Of a DNA stretch of 64,000 nucleotides, positions 1-11,200 are shown one piece after another (the stretch's first letter is position 1; the number at the start of each line of letters is the position of its first letter). The DNA is from Longimicrobiales bacterium (GTDB taxonomy: Bacteria; Gemmatimonadota; Gemmatimonadetes; Longimicrobiales; Gaopeijiaceae), in assembly GCA_965204735.1 (NCBI GenBank), contig OZ242008.1, positions 928,001 through 992,000 of the forward strand. Direction: 5' to 3'. The notes below the pieces were generated by a model. It saw only the letters and a program-made list of their open reading frames with translations, ran no database searches and had not been told where the DNA came from. The translations under genes were made by a program, and so were the position numbers.

Positions 1-336
1 TTCTGCGAGCACGCAAGATATTGGTCCCGGCGGTCGCGGCGGGCAACATCCCGGGCCGTCGTCGCCACGACGTCGACCTGCGCATCGGACGTGCCGTCGC
101 CGAACGCCAGGACGCGCCGGCTTGGGGGGACGTCGGCCCGGCGGCGGCGGGAGGCGGCCAAGGCCCGGGCGGCTGTTCCCCGCACTCGGTTCGGCCTATC
201 ATGTATCCGTCGGCGTCGCCCCCGCGCCCGCGGACCGACTGCGATCACCGCTTGCACGAGGACGGCTCGATGAGCGTCGCCCCTCGCGCCCCGCGGACCG
301 ACCACCTGCCACGCACAGCCCCCAAGGGACCCGCCA

Positions 337-3300
337 ATGATCAGGATCGCGCGCCTCGTCGCCGTCGCTGCCGCCGTCGCAACCACCTCACTGGCAGGAC
401 TCGCGCCGCCCGCGCCCGGCAGCGCCCAGAGCGCGAGCAGCGCCGACAGCCCGAACGCCTACCCGGAGAGCCTCTTCGCCGGATTGCGCTACCGCTACGT
501 GGGGCCGTCGAGGGGAGGACGGGTCACGGCCGTGGCGGGACACCGGGCGCATCCGTCCACCTTCTACATGGGGGCCACCGGCGGCGGCGTCTGGAAGACG
601 ACCGACTACGGCCACGTCTGGCGGAACCTCTCCGACGGCTACTTCGCCACTGCGTCCATAGGGGCGATCCGGGTCGCCGACTCGGACCCCAGCGTGGTCT
701 ACGTCTCCACGGGCTCCGACGGCATCCGCAGCAACGTCATCATCGGCACGGGCGTCTACAAGTCCACCGACGCGGGAGAGAGCTGGCGCCACATGGGCTT
801 GGAGCGGACGGGCAACACCGGCGCGATACTGATTCACTCCGAGGACCCGGAGCTGGTGTACGTGGCGGCGATCGGCAACCCCTTCGCGCCGAACCCGGAG
901 CGGGGCGTCTACCGAAGCCGCGACGGCGGCGACAGCTGGGAGAACGTCCTCTTCGTCTCCGACAGCACGGGCGCGGTGGACCTGGAGTTCGCGCCCGACG
1001 ACCCGTCCACGATCTACGCCAGCATGTGGCGCGGCGAACGCAAGCCCTGGACGATCATCTCCGGGGCGATGGAGGGCGGGGTCTACCGCTCCACCGACGG
1101 CGGCGACAGCTGGGAGCAGGCCACGGCCGGCCTCCCCACCGGCCTTCGCGGCAAGTCGGACTTGGCGGTGAGCGCCGCAGACCCGGACCGGGTGTACGTC
1201 CTCATGGAAGCGCCGGCCGACAGCGGCGGCGTCTTCCGTTCCGACGACCGGGGAGTCACGTGGCGGCACGTCTCGGACTTCGGCCCCATCCGCACCCGCG
1301 CCTTCTACTACACCAACCTGGAGGCGCACCCCACCGACCCCGACGTGCTCTGGGGAATGACCGAGGGCCATTGGATGTCCACCGACGGCGGCGAGAGCTG
1401 GACCGCCCAGCCCACGCCCCACGGGGACAACCACGACATGTGGATCAACCCGGACAACCCGGAGATCATGGTCCAGTCGAACGACGGCGGCGCGAACGTG
1501 TCGCTGGACGGCGGCGAGACCTGGTCCACCCAGTACAACCAGCCCACGGCCGAGCTCTACCAGGTCGACGTCTCCGACGACTTCCCGTACCGGCTGTACG
1601 CGGGCCAGCAGGACAACTCGACGATCTCCGTGCCCAGCCTTCCCGAGCGTTCCGAGCCCGGCGGTCCCCAATCGGCGTGGGAAGCCCACGGCGGATGCGA
1701 GACCGGTCCCGTGGTGCCCAAGCCCGGCGACCCGGAGATCGTGTACGCCAACTGCAAGGGCCGGTTCGGGCTCTACAACCGGCGGACGGGACAGGAGAAG
1801 CAGTACTACGTCGGCTTTGCCAACCTGTACGGCCACAACCCGAGGGACCTGGAGTTCCGCTTCCAGCGGGTGGTGCCGATCCACGTGTCGCCTCACGATC
1901 CGAACAAGGTGTACCACGGCTCCCAGTACGTGCACGTGACCACCAACGGGGGAGAGCTCTGGGAGACGATATCTCCGGACCTGACCGCGTTCACGCCCGA
2001 GACTCAGGTCGTGTCGGGGACGCCGATCACTCTCGACGTGACCGGCGAGGAGCACTTCTCGGTGCTCTACGACATCCAGGAATCGGTGCTGGAGCCGGGC
2101 GTGATCTGGGCGGGCGCCAACGACGGCCCGGTCCACGTGACTCGCGACGGCGGCGAGAACTGGGCGGACGCGACTCCGCCGGGGATCGGCCCCTACGGGC
2201 GAGTGCAGACGATCGCCGTGTCCCACCACGATCCGGCCAAGGCCTACGTCGCCGTCCTCCGCTACCAGCTGGGCGACTTTGCGCCGTACGCCTACCGGAC
2301 CAACGACTACGGCGCGAGCTGGACGCGCATCACCACCGGCGACAACGGCGTCCCCGGCGATCATCCCGTGCGGGTCCTGCGCGAGGATCCGGAGAGGGAG
2401 GGCCTGCTTTACCTGGGAACCGAGTTCGGCGTGTTCGTGTCCTTCGACGACGGCGGCCGCTGGCAGCCCTTCCAGCTCAACCTGCCGGTCACCCCGATCA
2501 CCGACATGAAGGTGGTGCAGGGCGACTTGGCGCTCTCCACGATGGGACGCGGCTTCTGGATACTCGACAACCTGACGCCGCTTCACTCCTTGGACGCCGG
2601 GACGGCCGACGGCGGCGCTCACTTCTTCCCGGTGCGCGACCCCTACCGGCACCGCTACGGCGGCGGTGGCGGCGGGCGCTTCGGTCGGCGGGCGCCCCAC
2701 TTGCCCGAGTACCCGCCCGCGGGCGCCAACATCGACTACGTGTTGCCCGAGGGGGCCGCAGGGCCGTTGACGCTGGAGATCGTGGACGCGGACGGGGCCG
2801 TGGTGCGCTCCTTTTCCAGCGACGCTCCCGGCGAGTACGAGGTCCCGGCCGAGCCCGGAATGCGGGAGTGGCGGCTGGAGCGCTTCGGCACGCCGCGCCT
2901 GCCGGTTGGCCCCGGCGCTCACCGCTTCGTCTGGGACTTGGCCTACCCGGGGCCGTGGGACGCGAACCCGAACCGCTCGGGGCGCGGCGGCCCCATGGTC
3001 CCGCCGGGCGCCTACACGGCGCGCCTGACAGCTGGCGAGTGGAGCGCAAGCCAGAGCTTCGACGTGCGGATGGACCCGCGAGTCGTGGACGAAGGCGTCG
3101 GCGCGGCCGAGGTGCGGCGGCAGGTCCACTTGGCGCTCCAGGTCCGGGACGCCCTGAGCGACGCCCGCCTGGCGGTCCGTCGCATCGGAGAAGCCCGGGA
3201 GCAGGGCGGCGGCAGCCTCTCCGCCGAAGTGGAGGCTGTCGAGCGCGAGCTGGTCACGGCTCCGATCCGCTACTCCCGTCCCATGCTTGTGGACCAGCTC

Positions 3301-3453
3301 CAGTACCTGTACGGCAACCTGACCCGCGCCGACCAGGAGCCGGGCCAGGACGCGGTCCGCCGCTACGAGCAGCTCGACGCCGCGCTGCAGGAGCACGTCC
3401 GCGCGCTGGAGCGGCTGCTGCGGGCCACGGTGTCGGACGGGAGCCCGGAGTGA
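337..3453 (+). CDS. Secreted BNR/Asp-box repeat (VPS10/sortilin-like beta-propeller) glycosyl hydrolase-like protein
   Basis: 1038-aa ORF with a signal peptide, N-terminal 'YRYVGPSRGGRVTAVAG' and many SxDxGxxW Asp-boxes (STDAGESW, SRDGGDSW, STDGGDSW, SLDGGETW). Confidence 0.85.
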   Translation: MIRIARLVAVAAAVATTSLAGLAPPAPGSAQSASSADSPNAYPESLFAGLRYRYVGPSRGGRVTAVAGHRAHPSTFYMGATGGGVWKTTDYGHVWRNLSDGYFATASIGAIRVADSDPSVVYVSTGSDGIRSNVIIGTGVYKSTDAGESWRHMGLERTGNTGAILIHSEDPELVYVAAIGNPFAPNPERGVYRSRDGGDSWENVLFVSDSTGAVDLEFAPDDPSTIYASMWRGERKPWTIISGAMEGGVYRSTDGGDSWEQATAGLPTGLRGKSDLAVSAADPDRVYVLMEAPADSGGVFRSDDRGVTWRHVSDFGPIRTRAFYYTNLEAHPTDPDVLWGMTEGHWMSTDGGESWTAQPTPHGDNHDMWINPDNPEIMVQSNDGGANVSLDGGETWSTQYNQPTAELYQVDVSDDFPYRLYAGQQDNSTISVPSLPERSEPGGPQSAWEAHGGCETGPVVPKPGDPEIVYANCKGRFGLYNRRTGQEKQYYVGFANLYGHNPRDLEFRFQRVVPIHVSPHDPNKVYHGSQYVHVTTNGGELWETISPDLTAFTPETQVVSGTPITLDVTGEEHFSVLYDIQESVLEPGVIWAGANDGPVHVTRDGGENWADATPPGIGPYGRVQTIAVSHHDPAKAYVAVLRYQLGDFAPYAYRTNDYGASWTRITTGDNGVPGDHPVRVLREDPEREGLLYLGTEFGVFVSFDDGGRWQPFQLNLPVTPITDMKVVQGDLALSTMGRGFWILDNLTPLHSLDAGTADGGAHFFPVRDPYRHRYGGGGGGRFGRRAPHLPEYPPAGANIDYVLPEGAAGPLTLEIVDADGAVVRSFSSDAPGEYEVPAEPGMREWRLERFGTPRLPVGPGAHRFVWDLAYPGPWDANPNRSGRGGPMVPPGAYTARLTAGEWSASQSFDVRMDPRVVDEGVGAAEVRRQVHLALQVRDALSDARLAVRRIGEAREQGGGSLSAEVEAVERELVTAPIRYSRPMLVDQLQYLYGNLTRADQEPGQDAVRRYEQLDAALQEHVRALERLLRATVSDGSPE

Positions 3454-3564
3454 CGTCTGCCGTGCCGGCGTCTCGCGCTTGCTGCCGGACGTGCGCGAGG
3501 GGCTGTTGGTGAGACAAGGTTCCGGCACATGGGCGACGAGTACTCGATCCTGTCCGAGAATCGA

Positions 3565-4338
3565 ATGAGACCGACAACGCTGTTCCTTGCGTGGCAGGAC
3601 AAGCGTGAACGGAGATGGTTTCCGGTGGGCAGGCTGGATGCCGATGGAGGACGTTCGCAGTACGTCTTCCGCTACACGCATGGTGCCGGCATCGCGAAGC
3701 GAGACAGCGGATTCGCCCCTCTGTACGACTTTCCTCGTCTCGAGGACGTATACGAATCTCGTCGTCTGTTCCCGCTGTTCGAGAATCGAGTCATGAACCG
3801 GGGAAGAAGAAGCTTTCGAGACTACCTCGAGCTCTTGGCCATCGAGAACCCCGACCCGGACCCATTGGAGATCTTGGCGATTGACGGGGGACGCCGAATG
3901 ACCGACAACTTCGAGGTGTTTCCGAAGATCGAGAAGAGCGACGACGGTGAGTTTCGTTGCCGCTTCTTGCTCCATGGCTCCCGGCACGTCAGCCGTCCGG
4001 CGCAGGAGCGGCTGCTCAGGCTGGCGGAAGGAGAACGGCTGCACGTGGCCCTCGAGCTTACCAATCCGGCCATGCCACTCGCGGTCCAGCTTCAAACCGA
4101 AGACTACCACATGATCGGGTGGGCGCCTCGATACTTGGTCGCCGACTTGGCCGAGGCGATGGCTCACGCCCCGACCGAGTACAAGGCCAATGTGGTCAGG
4201 ACCAGCACAGAGGCGCTGTTCAAGCACAGCGTGTTGATCGAACTGAGCGGCTGCTGGCCCGAAGAGCACGAGCCCATGTCGTCCGAGAGCTATCAGCTGC
4301 TGGGCGGGGACGAGGAGGACGCGCTTCCATGGACCTGA
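3565..4338 (+). CDS. HipA N-terminal-like/HIRAN domain DNA-binding protein
   Basis: 'LFLAWQD..RRWFPVGRL', 'YESRRLFPLFENRVM', 'DPLEILAIDGGRRMTDNFEVFP' and HIRAN-like C-terminus 'IGWAPRYL'. Start is ATG 3565 or 3529. Confidence 0.7.
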   Translation: MRPTTLFLAWQDKRERRWFPVGRLDADGGRSQYVFRYTHGAGIAKRDSGFAPLYDFPRLEDVYESRRLFPLFENRVMNRGRRSFRDYLELLAIENPDPDPLEILAIDGGRRMTDNFEVFPKIEKSDDGEFRCRFLLHGSRHVSRPAQERLLRLAEGERLHVALELTNPAMPLAVQLQTEDYHMIGWAPRYLVADLAEAMAHAPTEYKANVVRTSTEALFKHSVLIELSGCWPEEHEPMSSESYQLLGGDEEDALPWT

Positions 4339-5105
4339 AGCTCCAAGGCAAAGTCGCCGCCGTGACCGGGGCCAGCCGAGGGCTGGGCTTCGCGATCGCG
4401 CGTTCTCTGGCGCAGGAAGGCGCGACGCTGGCGATCTGCGCCCGCGACGCTGGCGGGCTGGAGGCTGCCGCCGAGAGGCTTCGCCAGACGGGCGCCCAGG
4501 TGCTTGCGGTCCCGGCCGACGTCGCCGAAGGGGCCGCCGCCGGGCAGTTCGTGACGGCCGCCGCCGAGCGGTGGGGCAGGTTGGACGTGCTGGTCAACAA
4601 TGTGGGCGGCAACCGTCGCGGCACGTTCGAGCAGACGACCGACCAGGACTGGCTGGAGATTGTCGAGCTCAACGTCTTGTCGGCGTTTCGGGCCAGTCGC
4701 AGCGCCATTCCCTGGATGCGGAAGGAAGGCGGGGGCGCAATCGTCTTCGTGTCGTCGGTCTTCGGACGGGAGAAGGGCGGTCCGGGGCTGTCGGTCTACA
4801 ACACGACCAAGTCGGCGCTCATCTCCGCCGCCGGCATCATGGCGCTGGAGCTTGCTCCCGAAGGCATTCGCGTGAACTGCGTCGCCCCCGGCTCCATACG
4901 GTTCGAAGGGGGCAGCTGGGACAAGCGAGTCAAGGCGGATCCGGAAGGAATGAAGAAGTTCGTCGAGGCGAACCTGCCTCTTGGACGCTTCGGCCGGGCG
5001 GAAGAGGTGGGCGACATGGTGGCGTTCCTGGCGTCGGACCGGGCCAGTCTGATCACGGGAGCATGCGTTCCCGTGGACGGTGCCCAGGGAAGGTCGCTGG
5101 TGTAG
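4329..5105 (+). CDS. Short-chain dehydrogenase/reductase (FabG-like)
   Basis: TGASRGLG Rossmann motif, VNNVG, YNTTK catalytic motif. ATG 4329 overlaps the upstream gene end. Confidence 0.9.
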   Translation: MDLKLQGKVAAVTGASRGLGFAIARSLAQEGATLAICARDAGGLEAAAERLRQTGAQVLAVPADVAEGAAAGQFVTAAAERWGRLDVLVNNVGGNRRGTFEQTTDQDWLEIVELNVLSAFRASRSAIPWMRKEGGGAIVFVSSVFGREKGGPGLSVYNTTKSALISAAGIMALELAPEGIRVNCVAPGSIRFEGGSWDKRVKADPEGMKKFVEANLPLGRFGRAEEVGDMVAFLASDRASLITGACVPVDGAQGRSLV

Positions 5106-5107
5106 CT

Positions 5108-5132
5108 CTAATCTAACCTAACCTAACCTAAC
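5108..5132. repeat. Pentanucleotide microsatellite CTAAT-(CTAAC)4
   Basis: Read directly: ctaat ctaac ctaac ctaac ctaac, followed immediately by TTGACA. Confidence 0.9.
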
Positions 5133-5283
5133 TTGACAGCACGTTACGCTCCCTCCGTTGGCGGATGGACAGGTCGCAAGGCGCTCAGGCCCGCGTCCAA
5201 CGATTGCCGATCAGGTACTGCGAGGATCCGCGACTCCAGGACCTCCCAAACATCGCCGGCACGGGCCCTGCGACTCGCCCAGA

Positions 5284-8199
5284 TCAGTCATCATCGATCA
5301 GCCCGAGTTCCCGGAGCGGTTCCAGGACACCGTTTTCCAGCTTGGCCTTGTCGAGCGCACCTTTCGCCTCGACGTTGATGGAGATCCTGTCGGCCAAGGC
5401 CGCGAGGTTGGCGAGAGCGTTCCACGCGCCGTAGAGGGTGTCCCGATCTGCGCTGAACGAAAGAGCGACAGCGTCCGCATCCAGGGTGGCCGGCGTCGTC
5501 GAAGCACTTGGCTCGGGGCTGTCCGGCGTCTCGCGTACCAACCCGGTGCTGAGCTCGGGGCTCGACCAAAGTTCCGCTCCGTCAACAGCTTCGGGCTGAG
5601 CGGGAAGCGCGGCCGGGAGGATCAAGAACCCCGAATCGAGATCGATTTCGTCCTCGGCTACGCCGCGGTCGAAGGCGACTTGGCTCGTGTCGATTCGATA
5701 ACGGCCGTCCTCGCCAAGGGTCGGTCGGCCCGTGAAGTAGCCGAAGAAGCTGTTCTCGACGCCACGGGCGATGGCTCTGCGCACCACGTTGCCGGAAAGC
5801 AAGCGCGGGAAGCCAAGGAAGGAGAAGAACCCGGCAACCACCCGGGAGGTCGGAATTCCCGGCTCGGCGGATTCGACTTCTCCCAACCTGAACAGCTCGA
5901 CGATCTTCCCCGGTGCCACGTCTTCGAAGACTCTGCGGTGCACCATCGTCAGCAGCTCCATCATGCGATCGTGGATCCGGGCGCGCTTCTTCTCGTCGAG
6001 GGTCGTCTGGAGCGGCCGACCTCTCATGCCGACGGCGTCCAACGACAGCGAACCGCTGTCCGTCGTCGGCAGCCGGATTTCTTCGTACAACTTAAGCATC
6101 GCGGATTCGACCGCCGTTCTTTCGGTGGCGTCTCGTTCTCTGAGCTGACCCCTCTGCGCATCTGTAAGGTTGTGCTGCCGCCACCTCTGCAGGACCCGTT
6201 CGACGGCCGTCAGGTAGCGGACAGAGCGGCGAAGGCTCTCGACTTGGTCAGCCGACGGCACGGCGAGTCCAAGGCCATTGCGGAATTCGCGGGTACGGTT
6301 CCCGTGGTTCTCACAGAGATCTCTAGCTGTTTCTTTTTGCTCCCCCGTGGACTTGGCTGCGAACTCGAGCGGCAGATACGCGATCAGGAACCGAGATTCC
6401 TGGTCTGGTACGTCCGCCGATGTGGCCGGCCACACGATCGCCGAGCGCTGGCCCGCAAGCCTCTCTTCGATCAGCGTCTTTATCTTGGTCCTGATACGGC
6501 CCTCGTCCCGGCCCACCGCTTCGGCTTCCTGCTCGACCAGCAACGTGACGTTGGGGTCCCGCTTGAAGCAGTACCGAACGCCGTCGAAGTGCAGGTAGAG
6601 ACACTGTTCCTTGAGCTCCTTGAGACAGGCCTGAACGGTGGTGCTGTCGAGGTCTGGACCGACGCCGATGCTCAGCAGGTCGGGCTCGCTGATCCCGGGC
6701 GGCAACAGATCGCCGGCCGTGTCTTCCGAGCGGCGCAGGCCGCCGAAGGAATACATCAGCATGCATGTTGCCAGACGGGTAGCCGAGTGCTTGCCGGCCT
6801 CGGAGGTCACCTCCCGCGCGCGTCGGTCGTCGATCCGGCGGGTGCGAGCGTTTGTGCCGACGAAGTCATGCTCCAGACAAGCCTGAAAATCCTCCCGCTG
6901 TCCGACCTCTTTGAAGAAGGCGAGGCGTACATCCGCGTCGTGCACGGGAACGTCGCCCGGGCCGAGCAAGAGGCGCGAGCTGCCGGCACGGTGAGCAGCG
7001 CGCAGGCAGGAAGCGAGAAACCGCAGGGCACCGCGAGTTCTCTGGAAATCGGGAATGGCCGCCCAACGCTCCCGCATCACGTCGATCAGGGCCGGATGGA
7101 ATGGATAGGAAGACTGGATGCGATTCTGGAGCACCAAGCCGTCCTCTTCCGCCTGCTGCCGTTCCGACTCGCCGTGCGCTCGGGCGCGCCGCATCTGAGT
7201 GACTACGTCTCCGTAAGCCTTGGCGACGCTTCCCGCCACTTCCCGGTCCGGGGCTCCAGCCAGTAGCCGCCGCTGGATCACATTCAGGATCTCGTTGCCC
7301 TCGACGGGCTCCCGCCGCTGGTCCTTGCGCGCCGCGAGATGCTCCACTGTGCGGAGCAGGCCCGTGTACTCGAGGGATTCGCGGTTGCTCGACTGCAACG
7401 AGTATACGAGCACCGCGTTATCCACGTTGCCGACCGCGACCGTAAGGCGTTTCAGAAATGAAAGCGTCTCGTCCCGAAGGGTGGTCTGCTCGATGCGCAC
7501 CCCGCCAGCGCTAATGAGGTACTCCAGAACCTCGTCCAGGAGGATCAGGCTCGGGCCGTGCTTGAGCAGCTCGATGATCTGGTCTCCGCCTGGAGCAACT
7601 CGGCTATTGTCGTGCTCCCGGACGATCTCGTAGCCTTCCCGGCCCGCAAGTGCCCAAGCGATCCACCCCCAGACGGTCTTCGCGACGAAGCTCTCCTGCG
7701 GCACACGCTTTCCGACTCGAGCGTCAAAGAACTGCCCGTCGACGACTGCCACCCGTACTCCCTCCGGCCGCGGAAGTCCCGTTGCCTCCGGCAGTGCATC
7801 CAGGGCGGCCCTTGATCGGGCGCTGTGTAGCAGCGCGGCCAGCGTGTGCGACTTACCTCCGCCGAACGGTGTCAGCAACTTGAGCACGCGGTTGCCCTGG
7901 GAGCCTGCCAGCCGTCCCAGCACGTCCTCAAGCAGTGACTTCAGGCCGCCGGTAAGGTACGATGTCCCGAAGAAGCTGTCGGCGTCCCGGTAGACGACCG
8001 GAACACGTGGCAACGCCGAAGTCGGAACCTCGAGGTCCCTTCCTATCAGGTGGTCGGCCAGTGCCCCCAGGTCGAGTGCGAAGACGTCCTCCGAGAATTC
8101 TTCCGAGAGCACGTCAGGGTGCAGGTCTACGCATTGCAGCCAGGGTCGCCTAGCTACGTCCATGACTGTCGTTCTCCTGTGTTTAGGTTGGCTGGCCAT
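5284..8199 (-). CDS. DUF499 family AAA+ ATPase
   Basis: 971 aa. Walker A 'TPFGGGKSH', Walker B 'LILLDE', and DUF499 motifs 'FALDL', 'SYPFHPAL', 'FQRTRGALRFLA'. RBS AGGAGAGG upstream. Confidence 0.9.
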   Translation of the reverse strand: MASQPKHRRTTVMDVARRPWLQCVDLHPDVLSEEFSEDVFALDLGALADHLIGRDLEVPTSALPRVPVVYRDADSFFGTSYLTGGLKSLLEDVLGRLAGSQGNRVLKLLTPFGGGKSHTLAALLHSARSRAALDALPEATGLPRPEGVRVAVVDGQFFDARVGKRVPQESFVAKTVWGWIAWALAGREGYEIVREHDNSRVAPGGDQIIELLKHGPSLILLDEVLEYLISAGGVRIEQTTLRDETLSFLKRLTVAVGNVDNAVLVYSLQSSNRESLEYTGLLRTVEHLAARKDQRREPVEGNEILNVIQRRLLAGAPDREVAGSVAKAYGDVVTQMRRARAHGESERQQAEEDGLVLQNRIQSSYPFHPALIDVMRERWAAIPDFQRTRGALRFLASCLRAAHRAGSSRLLLGPGDVPVHDADVRLAFFKEVGQREDFQACLEHDFVGTNARTRRIDDRRAREVTSEAGKHSATRLATCMLMYSFGGLRRSEDTAGDLLPPGISEPDLLSIGVGPDLDSTTVQACLKELKEQCLYLHFDGVRYCFKRDPNVTLLVEQEAEAVGRDEGRIRTKIKTLIEERLAGQRSAIVWPATSADVPDQESRFLIAYLPLEFAAKSTGEQKETARDLCENHGNRTREFRNGLGLAVPSADQVESLRRSVRYLTAVERVLQRWRQHNLTDAQRGQLRERDATERTAVESAMLKLYEEIRLPTTDSGSLSLDAVGMRGRPLQTTLDEKKRARIHDRMMELLTMVHRRVFEDVAPGKIVELFRLGEVESAEPGIPTSRVVAGFFSFLGFPRLLSGNVVRRAIARGVENSFFGYFTGRPTLGEDGRYRIDTSQVAFDRGVAEDEIDLDSGFLILPAALPAQPEAVDGAELWSSPELSTGLVRETPDSPEPSASTTPATLDADAVALSFSADRDTLYGAWNALANLAALADRISINVEAKGALDKAKLENGVLEPLRELGLIDDD

Positions 8200-8215
8200 C
8201 GGTCCGACCCTCTCC

Positions 8216-11200
8216 TTACAGGAACCATGGCGTGTTCTCCAGCGACGGGTGCAGCTCGAACGGTTCCGACTGTCGCAAGAACGCCGCGGTCAAATAGGCG
8301 ATGTCCTTGGCGTACTTGAGTGTTATTGGCTCTCCACAAAACGCGTCGGTGGACGCCCAGTTCAGCTTCGTAAGGCTCAACACCTGAAGCGCCAGCACCC
8401 GCAAGTCCGGCCGACTGCCACGGTCGTTCGGTCTCTCAATCCATGCTGCTACCTCCAGTGGTCTTGCCGTCCCCATCATGCGACGAAACGGATTGTAACC
8501 TGTGGTGGACAGGTATAGCTTGTTGGTACCCACCTCAACGTAACTCCCTCGACGAAGGCTCCCATCCGTCTCCGGCCTATCATCGTAAAAGCGAACGTTG
8601 TGATGGGAATTGACCGAGACGAAAGCAAAGGTGCCCTCCGGGCGAACAGTTCGCGCCGATCGAAGAATCGCCTTCCGGTCGGCTCGTGCAAACTTCGCTG
8701 AATACTGGAACACCACGCGGGGAGTCGACGACAGTTGGGAATCTAGCCTCTTCAACACATCCTTGGCCAACTCGGCGAGGCGGAGATGTCGATCCTCAAA
8801 GTCAAAATAAGATGTGTTGCCCCGGTAAAACTCCCATCTTCCATATTGGTTGAACACGCTAGCAAAACCCATGATCCGACGGCCATCTCTGGACTGCGTG
8901 TAGGACAACCCCACAAAAAAATCCGCCTCTGGAATCGCATCCGGCAATACCCACGGCCGGACGCCGCACTTTGCACAAATGTTCAAGGCTAGATTCAGAT
9001 CTTTCCAATCTGGATTCTCAAGCGTTGGCGTGTCGACCATCTGACATGGTACGCCTCGTTCCAACAGCAGTCTCTTATTGACGTAGTACGGTGCCAGGTG
9101 GTCGTCTCGAGCATATCCCTCTTCGGGGGTATGGACAAGGAAAATGGATCTAGGATGAAGGTTGGCTCGACTCCTCTGTCGCTGATGCAAGAGACGTTCA
9201 AGTTCTGCATGAATATCATCAACATGGCTCACCGTAGCAATCCCCGAATACCAGAATTTTGTCGCAAACGTTCGTTCGGAGCCGCGATACTTGTACCGAC
9301 CTCCAATCAAACGTTCGATCAGGCCTTCCATTCCTTGACGGACTGCAGTCAGACAAACCGGTACAAGCTCAATCTCCTGTGGGTCATCGCCATAGGAGCC
9401 ATACTGTGTGATGCCGGCCCGGACATCCGGTGACAGCTGGCGCTGCCGAAACTCCACTTCCGGCTCTGGGAGTCGCCGAACGGTCAGTTCCTTTTCCGAA
9501 GGTCGCAGTCGTTCGGAAAGTCGAATCGGGTTGGTAGCGATATCGACGTCAAGATCGCAACATCGCAAAGGAAACAACTTGTCCGACAGATATTTCACGC
9601 TTGCCAGAATCTTTTGAGCCCTCTCCCTAGCGGAACCCGGTCTCGTAACCAAGCTATGCTCTCGAATCGCAGCGGCAAGATCGAACGACGGTTCCTCCTT
9701 GTGCAGCATAGACTTCAACATCTCCACAGTGCAAATGGGAATGACGTCACTGATAGGGATAGTTTCTACCGTGCCGGTGTCAAGGAATCGTACTTCCGCA
9801 AACTCATCGTTAAATCCAGACAGATGTCCCCTGCGCCACTGTCCATTGTTTGCTATGCAACGATGGCCATCAAGTCTGGCTCGTGCAAAATGCTGCTTCA
9901 CAACCGTGAGATTTCTTACGTTGAGAGCAACGCATCTGTAATCGATACACAAATAGAAGCGTTGACCATACTGCCGGACCTGAAATTCGTATGCCGGATA
10001 GAGTCGCACAATAGACCTCACCCCAACCGGTGTGCCGATCTCAGTGCGCCTCATGTGTGCAAGTATTCTGCTGAATCCATCTCGGTGTATGAACCATCCA
10101 TTTCCTTCTAACGCATCGCGAAGCGTTCGCACAAGCTGCCCATAACGTGATCCAAATACCTCATACCCTACCACGTTGTCCTGTTGCCGAAATCTCAACA
10201 GAAACAAATTGCTGAATTCCGTTGCGTTATCGTTGTTTGCCGCCGCTAGGAGCGCGGCTTCGCGCTCTTCCGCCCTGTTCTCAATCTGGATCAATGTCTC
10301 GTTCGAAAGGAGACGATATGAGGGAGCCGGCAACCCGAGGGTCTCCATCGCCGTAACCATCTGCTTCGTGCCCTCGCTAATGGCCTGCACATAGGCCACA
10401 CCACTCGGATCTCTCATTAGCTTCAGCCATTCTAGAAGCTTAGTATTCCTAGGCATCGAATCAAGTATGACGTCTGCCAACGAAAAACGCGGTGGTGGAT
10501 CAGTGTCTCGCTGAATTATCCGGCCTGGATTCTTCACCACGAATGCATCCGTGTACGCCTCGCATTCAATCGGCACCCCGGTTCGATAGTCCCTATGCGC
10601 TAAGGCGTTCACGAGTGCTTCGTCAATGACGGTATAAGGAAATTCGGGCTCTTCGACGAAGCCACCGGTTGGCCGTCGCTTTTGATAGCGCTTAAAGAAT
10701 GCGGACTCTCTGAAGAATGTCCTCGCCTCCCGGATCTGTTTCGTAACCGGACCTGTGAATTTTTGATCGAATGTCGGGAGACCACGTCTGGCATGGTCGT
10801 TGACCACCACTCCAAACCGCATTAGGCGAATGTGAGCTGCCGGAAGGACACGTTGCGGATTTGATCCAAAGAACAGAAGTCCGGCATATGTAAACCAATA
10901 GTCGTCATCGCGGCGAACCAATGCACCTGCCTCATAGAGCAGTCGTTCATCCGAGAAGCGTCTGGTTGCATCGGGGGAAAACACCTTGCGAAATTCTTTC
11001 AGAACGTCATCCGAAAGATCTGCAGGATCGTAGGGGCAGCAGAACGCGTTCTCGAAGTCGGTAAGGTTTTTTCTGTCCCGAAGCCGATCACGCATCGCCT
11101 GCGTGACCAGGACGTTTTGAGGTCCGCGTCGCTCCCAAGCCTTCGGCCTAGCCCGAAGCGTCTCGCAAATGGCATTGGTCGCATAGGGGGCAAATAACAG

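Noticed and set aside
1..336. Possible partial gene at the window start
   Set aside because: No frame gave a recognisable motif, so no call can be supported.
21..4269. Very long alternative-frame and antisense ORFs (for example 21..3512 +, 388..4269 -, and likewise 29905..33177 -, 37517..41371 +, 48390..51932 -, 56137..60618 +)
   Set aside because: These are shadow ORFs typical of high-GC DNA. They are Arg/Pro/Gly-rich or antisense mirrors with no family motifs, and they overlap well-supported genes.
5108..5132. Eukaryotic (TTAGG)n telomere contamination
   Set aside because: Only four units, embedded in continuous bacterial sequence on both sides.
8216..9100. Short pAgo (SPARTA/SPARSA-type) or active slicer pAgo
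   Set aside because: No separate APAZ-TIR/SIR2 gene is present, a long N-terminal Ago lobe precedes MID, and the catalytic Asp positions appear substituted.
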